Source: a virus
Lineage: Duplodnaviria > Caudoviricetes
Strand: one strand, 5' to 3'
DNA: 64,000 nt
Virus record (IMG/VR): IMGVR_UViG_3300022723_000184
Coordinates: 32,001 to 96,000 of that record
The translations under genes were made by a program, and so were the position numbers. Under the pieces are notes generated by a model that was not told the origin of the DNA, did not search any database, and saw only the letters and a list, made by a program, of their open reading frames with translations. Of this stretch, positions 44,793-53,887 are shown one piece after another; position 1 is the first letter of the stretch; every line of letters begins with the position of its first letter.

Positions 44793-45488
44793 ATGGCGGC
44801 TAACTTCGTTTCAGGCAGCTCGCAGTACCTTCAGCTCGATTCCGGGCTGGTGACGCCGCTCGGCGCTACGGCCTCGGTAGCGCTATGGTTCCGCACGACT
44901 CAGGCGGGCAGTGGCAGCTTTTGGGAGTGGCCCGGCCCCGGCGTCGGTGTTGAGTCGGCCGGCGACGGCAACGACTACTTCTACGGGATCATCGACACGT
45001 CCGGGCACCTGGTGATGAAGAACGGCGACGACGTGCAGAGCGTGTCGTTGGCCCCGGTCAACGCCGGCAACTGGCATCATGCAGTGATGGTCCGTGACAT
45101 CCCGAGCCTTGACGTGCGGCTGTCGGTCGACGGCGTTTTGCAAGAGCAGAACGTGCCAACGGACACCGCGACCAAGACCACCGACACCAGCAGCATCGGT
45201 CGTTTCGAGGACACCGGAGGTACCCCGGCCTACTACAACGGCGACCTCGACGACTTAAGGATCTACAGCCGCGCGATTTCCCCCGACGAGGCCCTGTCGC
45301 TATTCACCTATAACGGTGCGGACACCATCCGCCAGGACATGGTCTTTCGTTGGCGATTTAACGAGAGCCACGCTGGTCAGGTAATGGGCGGCGTGAAAAA
45401 CGAGACTCAAACGCCTAACGATGGAGCCGGCGTAAACTCTCCGATCTATACCGCCGGTTTTACCAAATGGCGGAGGCGGGTAGCGTGA
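44793..45488 (+). CDS. LamG/concanavalin-like adhesin 1, 231 aa
   Basis: SVALWFRT, NAGNWHHAVMVR, YNGDLDDLRIYSRAIS. Confidence 0.85.
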   Translation: MAANFVSGSSQYLQLDSGLVTPLGATASVALWFRTTQAGSGSFWEWPGPGVGVESAGDGNDYFYGIIDTSGHLVMKNGDDVQSVSLAPVNAGNWHHAVMVRDIPSLDVRLSVDGVLQEQNVPTDTATKTTDTSSIGRFEDTGGTPAYYNGDLDDLRIYSRAISPDEALSLFTYNGADTIRQDMVFRWRFNESHAGQVMGGVKNETQTPNDGAGVNSPIYTAGFTKWRRRVA

Positions 45489-46282
45489 GCATCGACTTCA
45501 TTCCCAACTCCAGTGTCTTGATGGGCCTGAACATGCCCTTCGCCCAGAACGTGTCTGGCGGCACGCTCATGGGCTGGGTCGAGCTAGACGCGTTGCCTGC
45601 TTCGGGTACCGACAGCTTCAACTCGATCTCGATTAACAACGGCGGGGCTGGTACCGCCAGTAGCCGGTTCAACATGGATGTGCAGAGCAACGGAGCGATC
45701 CGTGCCGGATACCGGACAGGCGACGGAGGCGCATTCCAAACTGTTTCGTCGGCAGCGGGTGTCGCGGTGGTTGGCGAGCGGGCTCATTTCTCGGTGACCG
45801 TAGACCTGCCGACGGGCGCCGTGGTGATTTACAAGGACGGCGTACAGGTGGCGACGGGGACCGGCGCGACCGCGGCAGCCTGGCCCGATACGACCAGCGA
45901 CAACAGTCGCATTGCTTCAAACGACCAGTCCAACGGCGAGTTCGTCGACGGCCGGATTGAGGACTACCGCCTGTATCACCGCGTGCTCAGCCAGGAAGAG
46001 ATTGCGGCGATTGCTACTGGAAACGGCCAGGACGGGATTGTGGATACAATGGTGTTTCGGTGGGAGATGCACGGCGAACGCGAGGCCGTGGCGCCCGAGA
46101 CACTCGGAACAGAGACGGGCGGCAACGAGGTCGGTACCGAGGCGTCCGACCAGATCGGCATTGCCGGATCGGGCGACGTGCTTGACGTCTCGAACAACAA
46201 GTACATCGGCCTCGGCGAGGAGCCGACCAACACTCCGCTAAGGCACTTCCGGTTCACCCGGTCGGTTAGGAGAACAGCATAA
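45485..46282 (+). CDS. LamG/concanavalin-like adhesin 2, 265 aa
   Basis: GTGA coupling; TLMGWVEL, AVVIYKDGVQV, VDGRIEDYRLYHRVLS. Confidence 0.85.
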   Translation: MSIDFIPNSSVLMGLNMPFAQNVSGGTLMGWVELDALPASGTDSFNSISINNGGAGTASSRFNMDVQSNGAIRAGYRTGDGGAFQTVSSAAGVAVVGERAHFSVTVDLPTGAVVIYKDGVQVATGTGATAAAWPDTTSDNSRIASNDQSNGEFVDGRIEDYRLYHRVLSQEEIAAIATGNGQDGIVDTMVFRWEMHGEREAVAPETLGTETGGNEVGTEASDQIGIAGSGDVLDVSNNKYIGLGEEPTNTPLRHFRFTRSVRRTA

Positions 46283-46923
46283 TGGCGACCGTGCTCAAAA
46301 AAGACATGACCCAGATCCATCGGTCGGCCCCGACCCACAAGTTCCCGACCAAGGACTGGTTCATCAACCCTGACCTTACGGCTGTGGACGGTGTCCCAAT
46401 GAAGTACTGGAAGGACAGCGGCAACGTCAACGGCCGAGGTCAGGCCATCATCGAGCCAATGGTCAAGGGCGAGCAAGACGCTGTCGATGCTGCCAGGCTT
46501 CCTGCGTACAAACTGACCCGTATGAACCAGATCGACCAGAAGACCGGCGAGCTGATCGGCGAAGGCTTTGACTTCGACGATCATCACTTCTCGCTGTCGC
46601 AGAACGCCCAGATCAAGTGGTCTGGCCTCAAGCAGTTCTACGACGCCGGCATCATCCAGTTGCCTCGCAAGATCTCGACGGCCGAAGACCCGGACCGCGT
46701 CGAGTACGAGATCAACCCTGGGAACATCCCCGCCTTCTACATGGAGGGCGTGGCGACGTACGAGGCGATCGTTGACAGCGGCCGGGAGCTGAAGGTCTTG
46801 GTGTCCGCCGCCACGACGCCCGACGAGGTCGACGCGGTGGTCGACGATCGGACCCGGGAGAACTTGCAGAGCCGGATCGACGCGAAACTTGGGCAGTCGG
46901 TTTCAGATTCGGGCGGAAGATAA
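46282..46923 (+). CDS. Tail-fibre-associated protein (DUF4376-like), 213 aa
   Basis: LTRMNQIDQKT..LIGEGFDFDDHHFSLSQNAQ...AATTPDEVDAV pattern. Confidence 0.6.
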   Translation: MATVLKKDMTQIHRSAPTHKFPTKDWFINPDLTAVDGVPMKYWKDSGNVNGRGQAIIEPMVKGEQDAVDAARLPAYKLTRMNQIDQKTGELIGEGFDFDDHHFSLSQNAQIKWSGLKQFYDAGIIQLPRKISTAEDPDRVEYEINPGNIPAFYMEGVATYEAIVDSGRELKVLVSAATTPDEVDAVVDDRTRENLQSRIDAKLGQSVSDSGGR

Positions 46924-46943
46924 CCAGAGCGTAGAGGTCAAGG

Positions 46944-47408
46944 ATGGCCATTGTCCCCATTTCAAGTTTGCCTGCGGCTTCTGCCCTCGACGGGACGGAG
47001 GAGATCGCTGCGAACCAGGGCGGGACTACGGTCAAGGTCACAGCCGAGCAGCTGGCTCAGCTGCAACCCAACCGCAACACGGTTACGACCTCCGACGCCA
47101 CCCTGACCACGATCGCCACGATCCCGCTGACCGACAACACGGTCTACTTCATCAACGTGGACATCGTGGCCCGACGTACCGACGCTCCGGACCGGGCCGT
47201 GTACAAGCGGTACCGAGCCTTCTACCGAGAGGGTGGCGGTGGGGCGACGGCGCTCGGCGCCATGCGTAACCGGTTCACCGAAGAGTCGGACACGAGCTGG
47301 ACTGTGCAGATGAACGTCTCTGGTAACAACGTACTGATCCAGGTGCAGGGGGCCGCGGCCAAGAACGTGAACTGGGCGGCCAACTACAGCGTGCAGGAGG
47401 TCGGCTGA
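46944..47408 (+). CDS. Small fibre-anchor/beta-sandwich protein, 154 aa
   Basis: N-terminus PISSLPAASALDGTEE..NQGG.TVKV is shared with the 37860 gene. Confidence 0.75.
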   Translation: MAIVPISSLPAASALDGTEEIAANQGGTTVKVTAEQLAQLQPNRNTVTTSDATLTTIATIPLTDNTVYFINVDIVARRTDAPDRAVYKRYRAFYREGGGGATALGAMRNRFTEESDTSWTVQMNVSGNNVLIQVQGAAAKNVNWAANYSVQEVG

Positions 47409-49339
47409 TGGCGGTTATCAGTGTCAACGATCTCGGCGATCACGTTCACGTTGTTCTGGTCGACCACGACCCGGAGAGCGTGGCGACCGACGCGCCCCTC
47501 GGCTCATTTATTGTCGAGACATCGACCGGTGACTGGTTTCACAAGAACGACAACGGCAGCTCGACAAACGTCACCCTGGTCAGTCCGTCGCCGGCCCCCG
47601 GCGGCGTGGCGGGCGGCGACCTGACTGGTACCTACCCGAACCCCACGGTCGCGGCCGACGCGGTGACCAACGCCAAGCTCGCGAACATGGCGGCGAACAC
47701 TGTTAAGGCCAACGCCACGGCCGGTGCGGCAGACCCCGCTGACTTGGCGGTAGGTACGAACACAGTTGTCGGCCGGGCGGCGGGCAACATCGTCGCCGCG
47801 CAACTCGTAACGGCTCAGATGGCGGACAACGCCGTCACCAACGCCAAGATCCGGGATTCGGCTGCCCTATCGGTGATCGGCCGCTCGGCCAACTCTACGG
47901 GCGACCCGGCGGACATCGCGGCGGGCACCGACGGTCATGTTCTGCGGCGAAGCGGTACTGCGCTAGGCTTTGGCACGGTGGCGACCGGGGGTATCGCCGA
48001 CAACGCGATCACCAACGCCAAGCTCAATGACATGGCCGCCAACACGATCAAGGCCAACCCCACCGCGGGCACGGCAGATCCCCAGAACCTGGCGGTCGGC
48101 ACGAACAGCGTCCTTGGCCGCGTGGCCGGTAACATCGTGGCGGCCCAGCTCGTCAGCGCTCAGGTGGCCAACGACGCTATCGGCAACACCAAGCTCGCCA
48201 ACATGGCCAACGCCACCATTAAGGGGCGGACCACGGCGGGCACCGGCGACCCTGAGGACCTGACCGCGGCCCAGGTCGTGGCCATTCTCAACACAACACT
48301 CAACGGCGAGTACCTTCGCCTGGACGGTACGACCACGATGACCGGCGACCTGTCGGTTAGCGCCGATGGTTCAACAACAGGCGCGCCGCGCGTCGTGGGT
48401 TTCGTCGATCTCACGTCGGGCGAGGCGTGTCGTATTCAGTTCGGTGACACCAGCAACGTCTGGCAGAACAGCCATGGCGGCGCCATGACGATGCACGCCT
48501 ACCACACGATCGAGATTCTGGGCAACCAGAACGGCGCGGTCGGCGGGTTCAGCACGCGGTCCGATGTCGGCGTGTACATGAAGCCGGGCAGCGCAACGGC
48601 CGCCCATCGATCGGCGGCGATTGCCCGGGGCAGTATCGGACAGACCGGCGCCCTGCTGGAGTTCCTCGACGAGTCGGACGTGGCCCTGCCCTTCTCGGTC
48701 CTGGCCGACGGTGAGATTGACGGGGACATCGTCGACATCACGTACACCCCGAGCAACTACGAGCCGGACACTACGCCGGCTGAGGCCTCGGACGCCGACG
48801 ACCTGACAGCTCACCTGGCGGGCATCGACAACAAGCTTGCGACGATCGTCGAGAAGTATTACGCCGATCAACTCGACTTCCCGGTGAACAGTGACTGGGC
48901 GGTTAACGCGAGGGCCGCGGCGGCCGTCGACAGCAACAACAACGGGATCAAGGTCCGGCTCTTCGACGACACGACCGACGAGGGCGTAGGCTTTAACACC
49001 CGGATCCCGGCCGGGGCCACGGGCTTTAACATACACACCGTGAGCCGCGCCGAGGCCACGCCGGCCGGGGCCGTGGCCGTTCGCCGCCAGCTCTACGCCC
49101 GCGATTTCCCGGACAACGCCGCGGTCGGCAGCTGGAACAGCACGGCGCTCGCCGACGCTGCCTTCACGACCAATGAACTGTGGCAGTACGACACCGACAG
49201 CGTCGCCCTCGCCTCGCTGAGTCTGACGGCCGGCGAGGAGATCCAGTTCGAGTTGGTGCGGGACGCCGACCACGCCAACGACACGCTGGTCAGCGACTGG
49301 GCGTTGTACAGCATCATGATCGAATGGACTTTCGACTGA
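47408..49339 (+). CDS. Tail fibre with (D)AVTNAKLANMA repeats and a C-terminal 'DWAVN' domain, 643 aa
   Basis: Repeats NAKL.NMA.NT.K...TAG..DP..L; the C-terminus is homologous to the 43657 domains. Confidence 0.85.
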   Translation: MAVISVNDLGDHVHVVLVDHDPESVATDAPLGSFIVETSTGDWFHKNDNGSSTNVTLVSPSPAPGGVAGGDLTGTYPNPTVAADAVTNAKLANMAANTVKANATAGAADPADLAVGTNTVVGRAAGNIVAAQLVTAQMADNAVTNAKIRDSAALSVIGRSANSTGDPADIAAGTDGHVLRRSGTALGFGTVATGGIADNAITNAKLNDMAANTIKANPTAGTADPQNLAVGTNSVLGRVAGNIVAAQLVSAQVANDAIGNTKLANMANATIKGRTTAGTGDPEDLTAAQVVAILNTTLNGEYLRLDGTTTMTGDLSVSADGSTTGAPRVVGFVDLTSGEACRIQFGDTSNVWQNSHGGAMTMHAYHTIEILGNQNGAVGGFSTRSDVGVYMKPGSATAAHRSAAIARGSIGQTGALLEFLDESDVALPFSVLADGEIDGDIVDITYTPSNYEPDTTPAEASDADDLTAHLAGIDNKLATIVEKYYADQLDFPVNSDWAVNARAAAAVDSNNNGIKVRLFDDTTDEGVGFNTRIPAGATGFNIHTVSRAEATPAGAVAVRRQLYARDFPDNAAVGSWNSTALADAAFTTNELWQYDTDSVALASLSLTAGEEIQFELVRDADHANDTLVSDWALYSIMIEWTFD

Positions 49340-50019
49340 TGAGCTACGAGCACGACGGAACCGCAGCCGCACGCATCGCTGTGCCCCACGACACCGAACT
49401 GGACTTCGGCGGGACGGCCCAGCAAACCATTTCGGCCTGGGTCACGCTGCCATCGGGCGTCAACCAGATCCAGTGGGCGGCCTTGTTAGCCAAGCTCGAC
49501 AACACTTGGCGAGTCTCGGTGATCGGCAACAACGACTACGGCTGGCACTTTCACAAGGGCGGTTCGGCCCTCGATGTTACGCACAACAACAACGACGACA
49601 TCCTGCACCATTACTGCTTCGTGTCCGACGGCACGAACAAGATTCAGTACGAGGACGGGGTGAACACCGGCAGTAACGCCCAGGGCTCGGTGGGCACGAA
49701 CACCGGCGAGCTGTGGCTTGGCAACAACAGTCAGCAGCAGGACCGTGGGTTGCAAGGCCGCTTAGAGGACATCCGCCTGTACAACCGCGGCCTGAGTCTT
49801 GAAGAGGTGCAGGGAATTTACCACGGCCGAGGCCACGACGGGATCGTCGACGGCCTGGTGGCCCGCTGGATGTTCCAGGAGCTGCATCCGGGGCAGGGCC
49901 TGGCCAACGCCTATGACGTGGCGGCCAGCGCCACGACGCACGACGGGACCGATACGAGCCCGGCCGGCGGCGTGACCCATGGGGAGGGCGACCTGGCCTT
50001 CCGCCGGCGGTGTGCGTAA
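49339..50019 (+). CDS. LamG/concanavalin-like adhesin 3, 226 aa
   Basis: TGATG coupling; TISAWV, LHHYCFV.DG, QGRLEDIRLYNRGLS. Confidence 0.85.
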   Translation: MSYEHDGTAAARIAVPHDTELDFGGTAQQTISAWVTLPSGVNQIQWAALLAKLDNTWRVSVIGNNDYGWHFHKGGSALDVTHNNNDDILHHYCFVSDGTNKIQYEDGVNTGSNAQGSVGTNTGELWLGNNSQQQDRGLQGRLEDIRLYNRGLSLEEVQGIYHGRGHDGIVDGLVARWMFQELHPGQGLANAYDVAASATTHDGTDTSPAGGVTHGEGDLAFRRRCA

Positions 50020-50058
50020 GACCCTGGTCCGTGAGGCCCTGGCGGGTATCATGGAGGG

Positions 50059-50169
50059 ATGGCCGACGAACCGCAGCAACCGCCGATCGGTGGTGGGCCG
50101 GCTTACAACATCTGCTCCAGGCCGTGTTTGGGGCATGACATGCTCACCCTGACGAAGGCGGGTGACTGA
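50059..50169 (+). CDS. Possible 36-aa small ORF (MADEPQQPPIGGGPAY...)
   Basis: Fills the intergenic gap; the GGAGGG lies unusually close to the ATG. Confidence 0.3.
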   Translation: MADEPQQPPIGGGPAYNICSRPCLGHDMLTLTKAGD

Positions 50170-50189
50170 TCGCACGGAGGCGATAGCCG

Positions 50190-51242
50190 GTGACCGAAGA
50201 CTTCACGCTAACGCTTCGCGACGGTCTGACGATTTACTATGTCGTCCATGACCTGAGCAACAACACGGTCTGGGACCAGGACGACAACGAGTTCCGGGCC
50301 CTGGTCGCTGCTGCGTCCCCCGCCATCCCGGCCCCGGCCACCTCTGTTTTCGGGGGCGGCCGGTTCGCCACGTACAACGCCCGCATCGAACTGGAGGACG
50401 TCCATAACGGGACGCAGAAGAGCTTTCACGTCGCGGCCTACCGCCAGGCCGGCGGGGCGCCCGATCCTTTGACCGACAGGCCGGCCGGGTACCTGAACAT
50501 CACGATCGAGCGTGGCCGCCTGAAGATCGCCTACTTCGATGTCCAGGACCTGATCGAGCAGACGGGCTCCGGCTCCGAGCTGGTCAACCAGGACTACGGT
50601 GGTCCCAACAATCTGTGCTACACACTGAACGGGGTCCCGGTGGACAACGCCGAGATCTTGATCTACCGCGAGAAAGACTACGAAGACTGCAACCGATCGA
50701 CCGAGAACGTGGTGGCCGCGAGCCGGACCGACGCGTTCGGGGCTTGGGTCAAGGCCGTCATGCTCGACCCTGGTCGATACGTGGTGCAATTCTACAAGCA
50801 GGAGGTGTCAGGCCCCGACGCGTTCCTGCTCGTGGTGAGTCAGGACCCCGACGAGATTTCGGTGACCCCGATCAACGTGCCGAGCTGCGGTGTGCTGCCT
50901 CCGCCACCCCCGCCCGACCCGTGCCCGCCGCAGGAGACCGAAGGCCTCGACGAGTTCGGGGGCGACGGTCTGGTGTTGGTGGATCAGGATTATGGCGGCA
51001 CTAACAGCCTCTGCTACCTGATCGACGGCACACCGGTGGCCGGCGCCGAAATCCTGCTCTTCGACGCAGCCAGCTACAACGCCGGAAACCGGCAGAACAC
51101 CTACGCCATCGCCGCAAGTCGACAGAAGTCAGATGGTGCGTGGGAGCTTCCCGTAAAGCTGGATCCGGGGGAATACGTGATCCAGTTCCATCGCCGGGGT
51201 GTGGCGGGACCTGACGCCTACCCGCTGACCGTCACCGCATAG
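50190..51242 (+). CDS. Structural protein with two tandem Ig/prealbumin-like domains, 350 aa
   Basis: Duplicated QDYGG.N.LCY...G.PV..AEIL...AASR....G.W...V.LDPG.YV.QF, separated by a poly-Pro linker. Confidence 0.8.
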   Translation: MTEDFTLTLRDGLTIYYVVHDLSNNTVWDQDDNEFRALVAAASPAIPAPATSVFGGGRFATYNARIELEDVHNGTQKSFHVAAYRQAGGAPDPLTDRPAGYLNITIERGRLKIAYFDVQDLIEQTGSGSELVNQDYGGPNNLCYTLNGVPVDNAEILIYREKDYEDCNRSTENVVAASRTDAFGAWVKAVMLDPGRYVVQFYKQEVSGPDAFLLVVSQDPDEISVTPINVPSCGVLPPPPPPDPCPPQETEGLDEFGGDGLVLVDQDYGGTNSLCYLIDGTPVAGAEILLFDAASYNAGNRQNTYAIAASRQKSDGAWELPVKLDPGEYVIQFHRRGVAGPDAYPLTVTA

Positions 51243-51252
51243 GAGTAAGACT

Positions 51253-52218
51253 ATGGGACTGGAAGGTACGCCCGTCATCAAACCCGCCCAAGGCGGCAGC
51301 AACTGCAACGACCTCGACGTGGTCAAGGAAGAGGTCGAGTTCCGTGACGGTTGTCCGGTCCTCCCTAAACTGCAAATCCACGCGACCGCTCGGGGTCAGT
51401 GTGCGACGTTGGAAAAGACGATCCGTGATCGAGCGGGCAATCCCGTGGACCTGACCAACTGCGTGTGTTCACCGGCCGGCAGCGAAAGCCTGTCAGACGA
51501 CGATGTGCAGTGTGGCGTGGTCGTGAAGATCATGGAGGCGACTGGTATTAGCTCAGGCGACCCGATCTACGACTTGCAGGGGACGGTGACCGACCCGGCC
51601 AACGGCATCGTTCGCGTGACGCTGCCCCGGAAGCTGGCCGACTGCCCTGGCGTCTACAAAGTGAGTTGGGGCGTGTACGAGTCGACCGGTATGCTGGCCT
51701 ATGTCCAAGAGGGTTGGCTGATCATCGAGAACAGTTTGTTCGGCATCGCCAACCCGGCGAGCGCCGAACGCAACTACGGACCGCCATCGCTCATGGAGCT
51801 GCGACTGGGAATCCGGGACAGCGCCCCGAGCGAGAACGTGCTGCTCGACGACGTCGAGTTCAGCAACATGGAGATCGGCTATGCCTTCCTCCGCCCGGTC
51901 CGAGAGTTTCACGAGGTCAACCCGCCTCTCAACATGTTCTGGACAACCAAGACCTTCCCGTGGAAGGAGCATTGGATCAAAGGCACCCAGGCCTACCTCT
52001 ATTCGATGGCCGAAGCCTGGTACCGCCGCAACCGTCTGGGGACCAGCGCGGGCGGCGTCTCGATCGACCCGGAGAACAAGGAACGCGAGTACATGCGGGC
52101 GTACCAACAATACGTCGGCGAGTACCGTGAATGGATGAAGCTCAAAAAGGTCGAGATCAACGCCGCGGCGTTCAGCGGTGTCGTGGGCTCAACCTATGGC
52201 CAGACGCTCAGAGGGTAA
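51253..52218 (+). CDS. Head-tail adaptor (neck) protein with a BppU-like N-terminal domain, 321 aa
   Basis: PVDLT...DPANGIVRVTL N-domain; helical C-domain LRLGIRDS...LLDDVEFS...SAGGVSID; position after the fibres and before the tail genes. Confidence 0.65.
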   Translation: MGLEGTPVIKPAQGGSNCNDLDVVKEEVEFRDGCPVLPKLQIHATARGQCATLEKTIRDRAGNPVDLTNCVCSPAGSESLSDDDVQCGVVVKIMEATGISSGDPIYDLQGTVTDPANGIVRVTLPRKLADCPGVYKVSWGVYESTGMLAYVQEGWLIIENSLFGIANPASAERNYGPPSLMELRLGIRDSAPSENVLLDDVEFSNMEIGYAFLRPVREFHEVNPPLNMFWTTKTFPWKEHWIKGTQAYLYSMAEAWYRRNRLGTSAGGVSIDPENKEREYMRAYQQYVGEYREWMKLKKVEINAAAFSGVVGSTYGQTLRG

Positions 52219-52221
52219 TAC

Positions 52222-53142
52222 GTGAGCCTTGAAGGTACGTCTGCAACTCCTCCACCGACCCCGCCGGTCGTCAAACCGGTGGAGCCCGACGTGTGCGCTA
52301 CAAGGGACCATGACTGTGAGTCGGTGTTCGACCGCGTCGTGGTCAACTATCTGATCCGCGGCGGCACCCGGGTCATGTGGGAGCTGCGTGACGACTTCAT
52401 GGATGGCCAGCCGTACACCTTCCAGCTGCAAATGGGCCAGACCAACGACAACAACGCCGACGACTGGCAGAACGTGGGCCTCCCGGTCCAGGACCAGTAC
52501 GTGGCGGTCGACGACGAGCAGCGGGCCTTCAACAAGTGGCCCAACCGGACCTTCTACCGCGTTGAGCTGAAGACGAAGAACGACACCTACTACTCGCTGC
52601 CCACGGACGGGGCCGGCACCCTCAGCAAACGGGACTGGCGGATCAGTCGTGAGATCGTCCGGCAGGAGCTGATTCGGTTCCGGCACCACGCCGGCCAGCA
52701 GGGGCTGTTGCTCAAGCGGCGGATCACGGGCGAGGACTGCCCGACGTGCCTCGACTACCAGACCAACGAGATCCGGGACCCCGACTGCCCCGACTGCTGG
52801 GGTACGGGCAAGCGGTGCGGGTACTTCTTCCCGATCGACTGCGTCTGGGCCGACATGAACCCTAAGACCTACCGGACCCACCTGGACGCCGGCCAGGGGC
52901 GGGGGACGATCAACGACGTGGTGGCCAGGGCCCGGATGCTCAACACGTTCCTGTTGGGCGAGGAGGACGTCTGGATCAACCTGGTGACCGACGACCGATT
53001 CTACGTCCACACGGTGCAGAACGTGGCCGAGTACCGGGGCATCCCGCTGATCGCTAACGTGGAGTTGCGGCCGGCGCCCTACACCGACATCATCTACGAC
53101 ATTCCGATCCCACAGCAGCTTGAACGACTGGGGTTTAGCTAA
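52222..53142 (+). CDS. Neck/head-closure protein with a Zn-finger-like CxxC...CxxC.GTG motif, 306 aa
   Basis: LLKRRITGEDCPTCLD...DCPDCWGTG; synteny. Confidence 0.6.
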   Translation: MSLEGTSATPPPTPPVVKPVEPDVCATRDHDCESVFDRVVVNYLIRGGTRVMWELRDDFMDGQPYTFQLQMGQTNDNNADDWQNVGLPVQDQYVAVDDEQRAFNKWPNRTFYRVELKTKNDTYYSLPTDGAGTLSKRDWRISREIVRQELIRFRHHAGQQGLLLKRRITGEDCPTCLDYQTNEIRDPDCPDCWGTGKRCGYFFPIDCVWADMNPKTYRTHLDAGQGRGTINDVVARARMLNTFLLGEEDVWINLVTDDRFYVHTVQNVAEYRGIPLIANVELRPAPYTDIIYDIPIPQQLERLGFS

Positions 53143-53582
53143 TCACAGGTGTTACGAGTTAATTTGGTATGACAAGACTTGCACACAGGCACAACATCGA
53201 ACGCGCTGTCGCCGTCGTATCCGCGAGGGTGGTGGTACTCTACAGCGGGTTTACTGCATTTGCAGGTCAGCGTTTTAGGGTCTGGAAGCTTGCTCTTCAA
53301 GATCGCTTTTTGCACTCGCCAGTATGCTCTGACTCGATCCGGGTGTTTGATTGCATAGCGTTTAGAGGTCTTCGCGTTATTTCTGCGGCCCCTTATCGTT
53401 TGCCGGTACTTGCGGCCTGCCCGCCGGGCGGCAAGTTTTCCTCGTTTGGTACTGGCGTACGATTTGTTGGTCTTATTGCGGCATTGCTTACACCGGTGGT
53501 CTCGACCGCCTTTTCGGCTACGGTCTTTGTAGAACTCCTCGGCGGATTTGGTTTCCTTGCAGCGTGAGCAGGTTTTAGGCAT
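53139..53582 (-). CDS. Free-standing HNH-type homing endonuclease, 147 aa
   Basis: CSRC...CKQC N-terminus, basic linker, CKC...EYHHPRGY...VVPVCKSCH; AT-richer than flanks; only credible minus-strand gene. Confidence 0.8.
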   Translation of the reverse strand: MPKTCSRCKETKSAEEFYKDRSRKGGRDHRCKQCRNKTNKSYASTKRGKLAARRAGRKYRQTIRGRRNNAKTSKRYAIKHPDRVRAYWRVQKAILKSKLPDPKTLTCKCSKPAVEYHHPRGYDGDSAFDVVPVCKSCHTKLTRNTCD

Positions 53583-53596
53583 ACGGAGAGTATACC

Positions 53597-53887
53597 GTGC
53601 CGCACATCCCCAAGAGCGTCACCCACGCCCCGACCAGGCTGACCCAGACCGGCAGCGCCACCCGGCCCGAACTGGTCGGGGTCCGCCCGCCCCAGCCCAA
53701 AGCCCAGATCCCAGTCCGCAGCAAGCCGAAGGCGACCAAGGCCCCGGGTGAGAGCTTCATGCCGCGGATCAACCCGATGACCTACGACGGGCCCGAGACG
53801 CATCCCGAGAACGTGTTCAAGGGCCTGTTCGGTCGTAGTTGGCCGAAGGAGAACGAGTTCGGTGTAGCCAACGGAGGCCGAGTGTGA
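53597..53887 (+). CDS. Pro-rich hypothetical protein, 96 aa
   Basis: GGAG RBS with GTG start; GTGA coupling to the next gene. Confidence 0.55.
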   Translation: MPHIPKSVTHAPTRLTQTGSATRPELVGVRPPQPKAQIPVRSKPKATKAPGESFMPRINPMTYDGPETHPENVFKGLFGRSWPKENEFGVANGGRV

